NCBI RefSeq assembly: GCF_932274485.2
Contig: NC_065882.2
Coordinates: forward strand, 83,638,001 to 83,700,000
Direction: 5' to 3'
DNA length: 62,000 nt
In this document: positions 49,029-62,000 of the stretch, in pieces
How the letters are laid out: the number at the start of each line of letters is the position of its first letter
Position numbering within the stretch: the stretch's first letter is position 1
Notes under the pieces: generated by a model
Database searches by the model: none
What the model saw: only the letters and a program-made list of their open reading frames with translations
What the model was told of the DNA's origin: nothing
Program-made: the position numbers and the translations under genes

Positions 49029-49307
49029 ATCAATGTTTAATAAAACGTACCATTGTGTTGATGATGTTGACATTGCTTCCCATAGTAATATCCTGTTCCT
49101 GACGTTGTACAGTTGCAGTAGGCTCGATCTGTCAAGTGAGGTGCTAACTCTGAATTTCGTAGGACAACACATTCGCCATGACCAGCTGTACAGGGAGGGT
49201 CACATGACGCCGTAGAAGCTATAGTTATTGACGGTGAAAAACAAATTGAGTGTTAGTTTTGTGTTGTTTATGGTAATAAAAACGTATATTGTAATATATC
49301 GCGCCAT

Positions 49308-49676
49308 CAATCTGATTAAAAAACAGATCCTATTTTGTTTCGCTTTTTTTATAGTTCAAAATTTCGTTTTACTTGTCTTTACTACACTAGGATCTGCAAG
49401 GGTTGTTATCATTGACGTGTTCTGTATGATGTGAGGGATTAGTCAATGAAACGGTCTGATACGGCAAGCGTTTGGTGTGAGGTGCATGGAACTGTAGGTA
49501 ATCCACTAAAAACATCAATGTTGATTGGATAATCAAATGTCTGGCGTCATAGGGTTAACAGCCGCTTGTATGACCTAGGACACGACCTCCAAAAATATCT
49601 GGTCAGATCGTAATGCAGTGTAGGCCATCGAAAGTATAAAAAAGACGAAATATAGATCTGTGTTTTAATCAGATTG
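49308..49676 (+). mobile_element. MITE family of about 370 bp
   Basis: Same TIRs, AT flanks. Confidence 0.85.
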
Positions 49677-49940
49677 ATAACGCCATATATGGTAATAAAA
49701 CGTATATTTTTCTGACGTATATGGCGCTATATGATGTAATCTACGACACAATTATCAATACGAAATGATGTGATTTACCAAGCATCTAAATCGACACTTC
49801 CGTCATGTTATTAAAATGGTTTGCGATTTTATAAGTGCTGCTGAAAAATCAATCCTATTAGAATCTTATCATGTGATCTTTACAATCTCTGAACTTCCTT
49901 TGAGGCATTTGTAAATTCTTGTCAACCTTTCGTACAGCCT

Positions 49941-50212
49941 TTAAACATATATTATGCAAGAGCTAAATCTTCTGCACAACGCTCATTGATGATTAAATCC
50001 AAACATGGATAATCGAGACATTGTTTTTTTTATCGTGCCGACTTCGGTAATGATGATCGACCCTAGGCCTAAAATTCAAAAGCTAATATCTCGGTTCGGA
50101 GTGGAACAATTTGACAGAAATTTTCAGCAAATTCCAATTACATTATTTAGTTTTAAAGTATTATAGTGCGAACTGTCAGCTCTTTATCTAATCTCCCATA
50201 ATGTCCCTTTAA
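49941..50212. mobile_element. TTAA-flanked element, internally deleted copy
   Basis: Both ends match 18770-19156. Confidence 0.62.
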
Positions 50213-50323
50213 TTAAAACGAAATTGGAATATTCCTAAAGCCCTCAGATACATTAATGTTTGTAATATCTATTCAGTCACATTTTCAAATTTAATTAGAA
50301 CACGTTAGTCAGTAAACACTTAC

Positions 50324-50455
50324 GAACAAATGTTTGACACAAATCTCCAAGATAGTTTTGTGGGCAGAAACAGGTTTTGTTGACAGTTGTACAGGTATTT
50401 TCCGTTACCTTGACTACACACTGACCGCCATTCTGACAATCTTTATCACAATTTA
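50324..50455 (-). CDS. Poly-EGF gene, EGF exon 2
   Basis: 132 nt, phase 1-1; NCDKDCQNGGQCVVKVTENTCTTVNKTCFCPQNYLGDLCQ. Confidence 0.85.
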
Positions 50456-51786
50456 CTGTAATTTAAAAACATGAAATAAAAAAATATATAATGATGTGTA
50501 TATAACCCTAGAAGTGGTCCACATTTCGGATATTTACCGTATAAGCTCCATGTGTGCTAAAGGTCATTTTGCTAATGAAAACGGACATATATGCCATACA
50601 TATGGCCCGGACAGCGTCACTACGGTTTAAGTTATATGAAATAAAGATTGACACTAAACACAACTCAAAGTTCCATCCAGAATACCCATGAGAGAGGGTT
50701 AATGAAATGAAATAGAGTTTGACGTCCTACTTATCTGAACTGACTGAGCTAATGCTGGGTTCCACTGTATGGTGTATGCCCGTCTTTATTTGTAGAAATA
50801 TTGTCGTTGCTACATTGTTTTCAAATTTATAGACAAGAAATAGAGACAAATGATGGCATTATATTGTATTAATTAATATCTTTGGCAAGTTATTAGATTC
50901 ACATATATGTAGTATGTACTTAAATCAACTTAGTGAATGAATGACATATTGTGCTAAACATTCAGTTCTAGGTTGATAACATATATCTTGTGGGAAGTTT
51001 CTTCGGTATATTTCCATTTTCCATATAAGTGTGGGTTTCAACGTCACAAGCCTAAATTGACTAATCTCTTTGATTATTTACATCATATTTGACCAATTGG
51101 ATAATTGAACGTCAAAACCCAAGCTACAAAACTAATATTTGTGAGCAATCGCCAGACAACAGACAGATTCTGGAAGGGAAAAGATGTAGCAATTTCTATC
51201 AGCAGACTTGCCCAGCAAGCCTGGCTGGCTAGTGTTTGAGAATGACTTTAGTATTGTAATCTATACTATGCTTGTATCCATGTATGATATATAAAATGTA
51301 AAAAAACGAACTGTTGCATTGTTATTTCTGGAAAGACAAACGTCTTAAGAAAAGAGTAAGAAGTACATACACAACGTGAAGGGGGAGCAAAGACGACAAG
51401 TGAAAATACTAGACGATCACAAGGCTACTAAAATATGTAGTAAGAAAAGATACATGGGTCATACGTAGGATGTGGCGACCGGTTTGACAACGTCCGCTTT
51501 CATGGTGCTACACATAAGTCCAGTCGGAGCAGCCCGGGCAAAATTTCCCTCACAGTACACTGCTAGGTGTATGCCCGTCTTCATTATCCCAGCAAAACAG
51601 TAGAACGTTAATCCCCATTTCATTTCATTTTATTTATCCTGGAACGTTGTCTCATGAAATAATATTTCAGGAGGAGCGTCAGTTTGAAAATATGAGGAAA
51701 AACATTGAAGTTAATCTAACGATCAAACTTTTCCAAGAATTAGGACCAAGGGCACCACAACACCGCTAGCAATTAAGTTACCTTAC

Positions 51787-51918
51787 CTCTGAGTACGACC
51801 TTTTCACAGAATTCCCCAGTATAAGATAGTGGACAGGCACATGTTTGTTTAAAGCCGGAACACAGATCAGGTGATAACACACACTCACCACCGTGTAGAC
51901 ACGGTTTATTACATGTAA
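51787..51918 (-). CDS. Poly-EGF gene, EGF exon 1
   Basis: ag/gt flanked, 132 nt, phase 1-1; TCNKPCLHGGECVLSPDLCSGFKQTCACPLSYTGEFCEK. Confidence 0.85.
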
Positions 51919-54900
51919 CTGAAATAAGTTTTAACTTATTATAATACACGGTTTCTTCGTTTTAACTCTTTTACACCTATAGATTACTGAAATATTAAAA
52001 TATAATATTGACTCTTTTATACCCATAGATTACTGAAATACTAAAATATAATTTTTAACTCTTTTATAGATATGTGATATGATTTCACTATTGAGTATTA
52101 TCATGTTGATAGTGTCCCTCTTGATTGCTTTTTTCTTAAACGTACTGTTCGATAACATTATTTCTGATGAGCTCCCACTTTAAAATGTTATTTTAATAAC
52201 ATTTTAAAGTGGGAGCAAACCATTGTTGTCTAACATGATGTTCTGTGAGACTTACTTTCGACATCAACTTCAACTCCGTGTAAAACAATTACCCATAGGG
52301 CGAAGATCAACATCGTGGTAGTAATACTAGACACCACCTGAAACAACATTAAAAAGGTTACACATAGGACGAAGACCATCAAAGCAGTGGCCATACTAGC
52401 GAATAAAGGAAATATTTTCCTGACATCAACGTCCACTCTGGGTCAAACAGTTACATTTAGGACGAGAACCAACAACGGAATGGCAAGCATTGATAGACGT
52501 AATCTGAAACATTAAAAGATACTAAAGAAAATGTTTTTTGTGGCCTGATAGTATATTCCAGGTTTGTTGCGGGTTTTTCATCGTTCACCGTCTATAAGAA
52601 ATTAATGGTCTGAAAATGTCCTGCGCATAAGTAGGCAAATATTATGTAACAACGTATTCTACAACTTTCATCAAATTAAACGATCATTTAGGTGCTTAGA
52701 ACTTTATGACCTCAGCTGGTTTTTGATAATATATGATATTGACTTTTCAACTTCTGCATAAACTTCTGTTAAGGCATAGACTGGTTATGATCTAATTAAA
52801 CATGTAATTAATCCCATATGTCATTTACAAACTACGTATGATCTATGTACAAGCTCCACATTACTTCAAAGGAATACGCACTGGTCAGTAATCATACCAT
52901 GATCTGATAATGACTTCAAACGAAATGATCAGTGCAATTGGGACTATATAACCAGACGCAGATACGAGACGACCATGGTCTATGGCACGACAATGCCTGG
53001 CCCGAAAACATTGTTGCATCCTTGAACCTAAGATAGACAGACGGCGGGCCCTAGGGCCCGGTTGACATTCATACCGATCACTACTAACCCTAAGGTCACA
53101 GCATCTATACACTCAACATCTAGGTCGGACAGGCGGCGGGCCCTAGGGCCCGGTTGACCGTCAGACCAACTTACCTACCCTAACTAAGGTCGTAGCATCA
53201 ATGGTAAAGCGGGTCAGACTGCGCACTCCCCAAACTTTCTCCTTTCGATGAGATTTACTTTGGGCATTCCCTTGCAAAGACACTACGTCTTAAAATTAAA
53301 CTGGACCAAGCCTATTCCCTATGGCTTCCTCCAGTAAGTGTCTTAGGAACCATTTTGTCTACGATATCACCCTTGGTGCAAGTGAACGTAAAACTCTAGG
53401 AACGAACGAACGAACGAACGAGACGAGCTGAGACGGGAAGACCGGCGAATGGACTCGCCCGAGTTCAGCCGCTGCCTTGACAGAGGGGCAGAATGATAGA
53501 TTTAATATTGTTATATGTGTTCCTGTCGTAGTTTAGTTCCCGATGTAGTCTAGTTTCTGTGTATTAGTTTAAGTTGTGTGTTGTATGTAGATGTGTTATA
53601 TTCTGTTCTGATGTAAATAAACCATATATTTACTAAACTGATCTCTGTTATCACTAAGATAATGTTACGGATCTCCTTGAATGGGAAGCTGTAGAAACAA
53701 TAAGCGTACCTGTCGATATTTATACCTAATTCTAGTGATGGTTTCTGGACATGTGACAACCAGTCCATGGGTTTCCAATAAAGGTACAGCGAGTGAGTTT
53801 AATTAATGAGCTTTGTCTAAAGCGAAACTTATTTAAAGATGTTTCAACATCACATTCCAGTCCTTATGAAATCATTATAAACTATTAGAAAATAAGAAAA
53901 TAACATACCATTTTCATCATTGATCAGAAATGCTGTAAGTTCTAAGCTATGACAAAATATTGGCGATTATACAGCCATATATGAATATTGCTATCCAATC
54001 CTGTATATTATATATATTATTTTGATAACAACACCTGTCTCTTGACACCTTCAAAGTTTTTTTTAAAGTAAGCTTTTATTTCACGATGTCTGTTTAACTG
54101 GCAGGCTGTCTAACGTCAATTTGATATTAATGCATGCTTGTGGACACCTTTAAAAATGGATAGATATTTTCGCGCACGTGGCCTTTGTGAAACACTCGGT
54201 AATACATCCGTTCTTATAACAAATTCACTTCCCATTCCAGGATTTGGCAGCCCGCTGGACTCCGCTCTAATGTTTCGTAACATATCGTGTGTGGTGTTCC
54301 TTGTGAACTACATGTACTTAACGACCATGTGTAAAATAATCATGCTCTAGCAAAACACGACAGGTTATAGATCCCAAGGTGGTGGGGGGGGGGGGTTGCA
54401 AACCAAAAATTCAAATATCTTATAAAGATAACAATGCGAGATGAAGACAATCTGGTCACGTTCTAAAATACAATCAATACCCTGGTATCAGACTATATAA
54501 ATAGATGTTGGCGCATGTATTAAAGATGCATGATGTAAGAGCTAAACCTGTTTATTGGGTGTCTCTATTGTGACTTCAAATGTTATATAAACTATTACTT
54601 AGGCAAAGATCAACTCCCTAGACTATCGGATGGCAGAGATTTAGATGGGTTAGGACGCCCTCCAGGTTTACAAATGTAACGATAAAATGGGCAAGCGAGA
54701 CTAAATCTTGAATATCCACTACCGTTGCTACGATAAAATAATGTTTCATTATCTATTTTTTAAATTACTATTCTACGAATGACTAGCTCTTTATCTAAAT
54801 CTTACATATTGTATCTTTTAAGTGAAGTTTTCTCAGTACTAATAGTAAGTGCAGGGGGACTGCACCACACATAATTTACACAGAAACAAATACATGGACA

Positions 54901-55324
54901 AGACATCATACTCAGAAACCACAAATAAACAAACAACTCAAAAAAAAGTGAATGGATTCGGGGGCTAGCCGTAAGCGTCCACTGCGCAGTACAGTCCTGG
55001 GCCTGCAGTGACACAGACTTCACCCAGAATTGAAAACAATCAGGAATACAACCCAAAGAAACCATTGCGAATGCCAGTATGATTCATGATCTGTTATATG
55101 CTACAAGAAATACGAATGTAAGCATATTGTACTAAAATTCAACTATACAAGTAACCACATCTGTGAAATGTATAAAAGAGTAGTCTCAAACTGAGTGGTC
55201 TAAATCGATCAAGAAACGTTTAGGTATTCAATGGAATCGAGGTATATTGAATACATTTAGGGCACATGTTCCACCAATTTGCTGACAGACCAGTCGGCAT
55301 CATAATGTGTACAAGATTTAGCGT

Positions 55325-55550
55325 AACTGCTGAGTGAGTAAAACGTTGGTTCGCTAACCTGGAGGTCTCGTGTTTGATCCCGATGTTGGTCGAAAAAGTT
55401 CATTTGGGGTTTTTTTCCGGCCTAGTTCCCCCTTGGCATGCATGTAAAAAAAATAGTTGGAGTTTAAAATACGAGTAGGCATTTCCGTCATAGCACACTA
55501 TATGCCCGTCTTCATTAACACAGAAAGAAGTTAACCCCTATTTAATTTAG
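55325..55550 (+). mobile_element. SINE family A, diverged and deleted copy
   Basis: tRNA-like head, ATGCCCGTCTTCATTA motif and tail. Confidence 0.6.
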
Positions 55551-56129
55551 TTCACAGAAGAGGCAGTTTCTTTCATCTGCAACTAATTTCTAAATGTTGC
55601 GTAATATAATGAAATAACGTCATCAACAACCCTACTGCTAGTCAGATTGAATTTTACCTACTATTTTAATTTCAAAATATTGACTTATTTAAACATATAT
55701 TTGGCCTGAAATGTTATATAAACTATTAATTAGACATTTATTAACACGACAAGATCATAATCAACTTTCGATGCCATCGGATATCTCCGATATTAAGTAA
55801 ATAAGAACGGTTCAGTTATATTTTAATTTAATTTAAAAATGGTGAAGCGGGGCTAAGCTTCGAACAACCAGTACGGTGGTTGCAATTAATGCACACATCG
55901 TGTCAAACCTTTAAAAGCTAATATGTTCGCTCGCAATGGAGCAAATTGAATGGAATTTTCAATATATTCATTTTACTTCCTCTATTTTCGAACTATTATA
56001 GTAAGAATGGCCAGCTCTTTATCTAAATTTTACATAATGTATCTTTATTGAAATAAAGTCATCATTTGATGCTCATCAGATTGAATATAAGCGTCTATTT
56101 TACTTTTCTTGACAACATTCTGTACAAAT

Positions 56130-56305
<176 letters not shown>

Positions 56306-57595
56306 ATAAATCTATAAATTGATGACTTGACAAGTCACGATAACCACATCGAAGCTCTCGCACATTTCACAATGTGTCATGATGTCAAAATTATAAAGAT
56401 GGTTAACATACCGAGTGATTCACCACTCAATTTATTTTTTGATGCTGTTTTAATCTGTCAATAATCTCACTGTAACTTTAGATCACATTTTTATCATATT
56501 TTCTCTGTCTTTAGATATATCAACATCAGGCTTTCTTGGTATTTTAACAATAAATCGTTATATTTAACGATCTTGTGACAGATCTGTCGATGAAGAAACT
56601 GGCTGTGCGCCAGACGTAAATATACGAGCTTTCCGATGCGTTTGATAATGGCATATTCATAAAATACGGATTTATAATCAGCGCACGTGTAAACAAACCT
56701 AATATGGTGGATCCATTCCGTGATGTCGTGACGTGTCTATTCTCGATAGAAGGCCAACCAATCACACCTATTTACACATTTCAGCACAAAAGATAACGGC
56801 GGTGGTATTTAATACGCCGGGGGGTCAGAGGCCAGTTGTTTTAACGCCTGTGCAATAAATAATAAAGTCTGTCATTGAGTGGAGTGCTTTCTCGTGTACG
56901 TGACAAGGATTAAGGCGGCCAGTCCAGCCTCGTGGGTTTTCTAGGGGTTTCCCGGTTTGCCCCCACAGCTAAAGACCCCTTATGAGCAAGCGAATTATTG
57001 AATTATTGAAATAAAATTGTACCTTACATGCACGCTAGTCCCTAATGGTCTATTTTGGTCGAGTTGACGTTAAATATCATTTTATTCTCTGGTGTTTTTT
57101 TAACACACGAATTCCACAAGATATTTGACATAAAAAAAACAATCATTTTGTTCACAAACTTCTCCTCAGACCCCCTATATACCTGTGTGGTATCATGTCG
57201 CGAGAGTTTTCGTAGAATGTTTTGGGTCTGTGGTGTTTTTACCACAAGAGTTTGCCCTCTATTCTTGTGTGGTACCACATTCAACAAGATTCTCGACTTA
57301 GAATAATTATGATACAGTGTTTTGGATGTTTTGCTTTGTTCACCACAAGACAATGTTTTGGATGTGTTGCGTTGTTCACCACAAGAGTTCCACAAAATAT
57401 TGAATTTAAAAAAAAATAAATGACGATAATACTATACTTTATGACGCGGAAAATTATTTGGGGTTTCTACGCTGCTGTGCAAAACTGATTGGCCTTGGGA
57501 GATTTGTTATAGTTGGGGGTAAGGCAGTTTTTCTCTTATTTTTAGAGCAAAAGTACATCGTGGTTGTCTTATTTCATCTAGTTAGTAAATAATAT

Positions 57596-58020
57596 GTGAC
57601 ATTACAATGACCAGATGGTAGATATATGGTAACATTACAATGACCAGATGGTAGATATATGGTGATATTACAATGACTAGATGGTAGATATTACAATGAC
57701 TAGATGGTAGATATATGGTGATATTACAATGACAAGGACCAGATGGTAGATATATGGTGATATTACAATGGCTAGGACCAGATGGTAGATATATGGTGAT
57801 ATTACAATGACAATGACCAGATGGTAGATATATGGTGATATTACAATGACTAGGACCAGATGGTAGATATATGGTGATACTACAATGGCCAGACGGAAGA
57901 TATATGGTGATATTACAATGACCAGATGGTAGATATATGATGATATTACAATGACCAGATGGTAGATATATGGTGATATTACAATGACCAGACGGTAGAT
58001 ATATGGTAATATTACAATAT
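57596..58020. repeat. Minisatellite, 33/39-bp units
   Basis: GATATTACAATGACCAGATGGTAGATATATGGT, about 12 copies. Confidence 0.92.
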
Positions 58021-58236
58021 TAGGGCCAGTTGGAAGACGTATGGTGATTGGGGAAAAGACATTAGTTTGTGAAAATATTAATTGCAAGACACGACCTTTA
58101 ACATTACGCTGTTACTAAAAATAGAAACAATTTGGAGAAGGAGACTAGATAACACGGTGTGCATTCGACCGCAGAAGCCAGTGTGTGTGAAGTCGACCAT
58201 ATGCTTGAAAATTGAGAGCACGCGTAATATTGAAAT

Positions 58237-58580
58237 AGAGAGAGAGAGAGAGAAATACAAACTAGGTAATTTCGGGACTAACACATGGTTCAATTTTACT
58301 TCAATAATTCGCATGCGCATGGGTTTTTTTAGCAGTAGGAAGAAACCGCAGGACATGGAGAAACCCCATGAGGTTGGACAGGCGACCCTACTCCTCGTCA
58401 GGTACAACCGGGGAATCGAAACCACGCCAGTTGACTCAATCACAGACCTTATGATACAACGTGCACGATTCCTCCTACAGCTAAAGACGCCTATATAAGC
58501 GCAAGCGACATTTTGAAAAACAATTGAACCATGTGTTTGGTTCGAAATGATTTAATTTATGTCGAGTGGATGTACCCCCA
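58237..58580 (-). mobile_element. SINE family B copy joined to an oppositely oriented 3' fragment of the same family
   Basis: 58237-58467 on minus; 58470-58580 matches the family 3' half on plus. Confidence 0.7.
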
Positions 58581-58989
58581 CCACTTTCAAAGAAAAAGAA
58601 ATCTGATGACTGAATTTCAACAATTCATTTGCTCCATGGGTTTATATGGAAATATGCTAGACATTTTTGTTTTAAAAGAAACAGGATTTTATTATGAATT
58701 TGAATTGTAAATGTTTTGATCATATACACAGAGAAACAAGTATCGAAACACGTCTATTGAATATAGTGCTAGTGTCCGAACTGGATATGTTTAGCTATTT
58801 AAGGATCTTGAGGGTTTCATATCTTCCTGAATTGGATATGTTTAGCTATTTAAGGATCTTAAAGAAATCCTATCTTCCTGATTTACCTCGGGAGAAACAT
58901 TTACATTTTTGTAAATAGGAAATCCTAAAGTTAGGCTCATCTCATCTCATTTGTTGTTCGAAATGTCCATAGAGCTGTCAAAACAGTGA

Positions 58990-59390
58990 AAAGGGTGAAT
59001 ATCTGGTTTAGCCTCCAGCAGCCTGATCACCTGAATGATACGTTTGTCTTATCTCCAGCATTGTGGTCACATGAATGACACGTCTGTCTTACCTGAGCCT
59101 GTGTTAGTCTTTTCCATTCCTGTTGTAATGCTTGATCCAACATGTCAAGATTATGCCTCTAATGAATTTTACGCAGAAGAATATGCTCAGTTGATATAAG
59201 GTCATGGTTTCTGACTGGGCGCAGCAAATCAATAACGGCACACGGCATTTTGAGAGATGATATTGAATATACAATGGGCGTAGTGGACATATTTAGATGC
59301 AGGCTATTCAATACATGACTAGTGACGATAAAATGGGTTTTACTGGAACAGATGAGAGCAGATGACCTCTTGATATTTTCAACCAAATGA
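58990..59390 (-). pseudogene. Highly decayed Tc1 transposase C-terminal fragment
   Basis: IDLLRPVRNHDLISTEHI resembles WPxxSPDLNPIEH and is followed by LDQALQQEWKRL. Confidence 0.5.
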
Positions 59391-60589
59391 AATACGGCTA
59401 AATATGATGGTTGATTGGTATCATGTCTTTTTTTTTATAAACAATATTTTTATTCAGGATGTCTGAATGGGATTGGGGAACAGGCTTAGCCTATGTAAAA
59501 CTCTTCTCCCTGTTGGTATCATGTCGTGATGTGGTCCTTCATAAGGCGACAACCTGACATCACAGCATTTAAACCTGACATCTAGACATCCCAACAATTC
59601 GACATCACAACATTTTAACCCGACAATACGACATTTTCACCTGACACCACGACGTTAAAAGTGTCGCAATGTCGTGTGAAAAGTTATAAAAAAGCTAACC
59701 TGTAGGTTTATATATTCCCCTATGAAAGCTAATCTGAATTTTGTTATTCAAATGCATATGTAGAAAATATATAGTGTTAAACTATAGGGTGTCGCATCAC
59801 TCGTGTATTACATGAAATGAAAATGAAATGGATTTCAATGCCCTGCCTTTCTGTACTGAACGGGGTAATAAAGACGAACATGCGCCATACATTGCGCTAA
59901 GAGGGAAATGTTGCCCGGCCAACGGCGCTGATTGCGAATTCCAACTCTCAAGGACTAGACACTGTACCTGCCAGTCCCTCTTCCTGCACTGTCGGGGTCC
60001 TTCATAATTATTCCCGACTGTTTCAGTCGATAGGAACCATGTTACACAATTAAGGGCTTCGTGGGTAATTTCGGGTATGGTTTGAACTCTACTGGTATAT
60101 ATCATTCATACAACTAGTGAGTGTTCGTCTATAAAAATGATATGGGGTTTATCGTCCAACTGTTCTACTCCGACTGGGCTAATAAAGACGGACAAACGCC
60201 ATACAGTGTGCTATGATGAAAATTTGCCCTGGAAAAATTCCAAATTCCCTGGGTTGTTTTAGGTCAGACCAATGAGTACATGGGACTTGTTTTTCTTCCC
60301 ATTTGAAAGACTAGGCATTGTCCTTGCACCCCCCCCCCCCCACACACACACACACCCGTCCCTGCACCATTGATAAGGGGAAACCACTGATAAGGGGAAA
60401 CCACTGATGATGGGAAACCACGCCGAAAAATCAGCGGAACCGGGTTCATCCAATTCGCATGCCAGCGTCCTACCCCCCCCCCCCCCAAGAAATATCTGTG
60501 ATTTATAAAATTCCAACTCATTTTTCTGTAATAGAAGTACTAATTTAATATTGTGAAAACGTATGATGTTATATTTCTCTTTCCACACA

Positions 60590-61060
60590 TAAAACATTAC
60601 AAAATCGTACCTTACTGCAATATATAAAAATTAATACAAAATCGTACCTTACTGCAATATATAACAAAATACAAAATTGTACCTTACAACAATAAATAAA
60701 AAATACAAAATCGTATCGTATCTTACTACAATACAATTTATATAAACATTACGAAGACGTATATTAGAATATAAAACATTACAACGTTGTACCTTACTGC
60801 AATATCAAACATTACAAAATCGTACCTTACAACAATAAATAAAAATATACAATATCATACCTTACTACAATACAATTTACATAAACATTACAAAGATGTA
60901 TCTTACTACAATATAAAACATTACAAGGTTGTTTCTTGCTACATTAAAACATTACAGAGTTGTATCTTTCTGCATTAGAACATGACAAAGTTGTACCTTG
61001 CTGCAATATCAAACATTGCAAAGTCGTACCTTGCTGCAGTATAAACATTATAAACTCGTA
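60590..61060. repeat. Degenerate tandem repeat, about 33-bp unit
   Basis: ACATTACAAAATCGTACCTTACTGCAATAT units. Confidence 0.85.
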
Positions 61061-61577
61061 CTTCAAATAAAACAAAGCCTTTCTTCAAACAACATAATAA
61101 ATGATATGGATTCGAGAGCACTATAACACATATAACATAAATTTATGAAATGATATCACATGACGTTATAACATATAACATAATAATATAATTATGAGAG
61201 TATCCCTCTCTCATCGAGATATGCTTGGGGCAATTCGTGTTGTGTTAATAATATAGCTCACGATTCTGAGAACGTCCATAGAGAAATACAAGAGAATCAC
61301 AATAATTTAATAATATCAAATAAATTACAGGATCCCTGCTCAATAATAGCACAACAGACTTGGTAGATGTGAATATTTTTTAATAATATAAAGTTTCGGG
61401 TAGATATCCTTTAATTTATTTGATTCTACACCTTCGCCCCGCCGGTATCTCTTTTTGATCCAGTATCCAAGCAGATGTATCAGCCTGTCCAGCTTAAGTT
61501 ACCTTTCTAAGGGAGTGTTGCCGTCCCTTTTCTCGTATCTAATTTAACAATAGTTTAGACGTAAAGAAGTTACTCTC

Positions 61578-62000
61578 TCAAGCTGGGACGACTGCGTTTA
61601 TGTGGCAACATCTGTTGGATTTAAATAATTGTTTCAATTCCTTGTTCCTCAGTATAAATATTGGTAATTTTAAAAACGAAAACACAAATACCGTTAAAGA
61701 GCTTACATTTTCTAACATATTCCAATTAACACCAACAGTGTACATTTTAAGAGTGCAGCCAAAAAACACGAATGTTGTAAACGGGAACAATGACACCAGT
61801 TGTATGATATAAAATCTGAACAACATGGAGGCTAGTTTAAAACCAGCCTGAAAACCTACTTGAACCGTATTACTCATAGCTCTATCACAAGTCTGAAGTT
61901 TCCTTATTCGTATAAATGAATATAATACACAGACGGTAGGAAAAACAGCAACATTTATAAACTGAATCAATATAATCCAGATGTTTGATTCAGTTAACAT
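61578..62000 (-). CDS. C-terminal part (about TM5-TM7 and tail) of a divergent rhodopsin-like 7TM receptor; runs off the window edge
   Basis: Three hydrophobic segments, basic loop after TM5 (LYSFIRIRK), TM6 proline (SLFPF), TM7/helix-8-like LPIFILRNKELKQLF followed by CC. Confidence 0.6.
   Translation of the reverse strand: MLTESNIWIILIQFINVAVFPTVCVLYSFIRIRKLQTCDRAMSNTVQVGFQAGFKLASMLFRFYIIQLVSLFPFTTFVFFGCTLKMYTVGVNWNMLENVSSLTVFVFSFLKLPIFILRNKELKQLFKSNRCCHINAVVPA

Noticed and set aside
53909..53978. ATG-led first exon of the poly-EGF gene
   Set aside because: Phase fits, but codon 4 is TAA and the peptide is not hydrophobic; only a micro-exon ending at 53909 remains a possibility
57677..58087. 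Hydrophobic SPYIYHLVIVI-repeat ORF
   Set aside because: Translation of a minisatellite, with a non-ATG start and a frame-breaking unit at its end
58078..58498. ORFs of 120-138 aa recurring as similar peptides elsewhere (QATLLLV.YNRG.ETTPVDS)
   Set aside because: Translations of SINE family B

Overview
AT-rich eukaryotic DNA from an invertebrate, probably a mollusc (inferred from the SINE types and gene families). It has GT-AG spliced genes in a dense transposon background, with no prokaryotic features, CRISPR arrays or rRNA/tRNA genes. Splicing by hand gives four secreted or extracellular-type genes that the ORF track largely misses or reads in the wrong frame. (1) A 3-exon signal-PAN/Apple-EGF-fibrinogen (FReD) gene on + (3731-13337, 346 aa). 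(2-3) A head-to-head duplicated pair of small secreted G/F/N/P-rich proteins with tandem GFGFPNQ heptads (17105-18012 minus, 129 aa; 21912-22832 plus, 124 aa), each with a putative TATA promoter. (4) A minus-strand, Tyr-rich gene with at least 11 one-EGF-per-exon modules (51918 down to 32149; 5' leader not located). Its last intron holds a full-length but decayed Ty3/Gypsy element (32379-40086; LTRs, ATAG TSD, tRNA-Ala PBS). The window ends in the C-terminal half of a divergent 7TM receptor. Other mobile elements include three Tc1 elements or fragments, remnants of hAT, Penelope, I/Nimb LINE and SWIM-YqaJ elements, a mini-Helitron, a Helentron-like element, several MITE families and two tRNA-derived SINE families sharing one 3' tail. 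Main candidate novelty: a cluster of secreted structural/adhesive-type genes, the GFGFPNQ pair plus the poly-EGF protein with spare cysteines. All coordinates were derived by eye, and no database searches were run.
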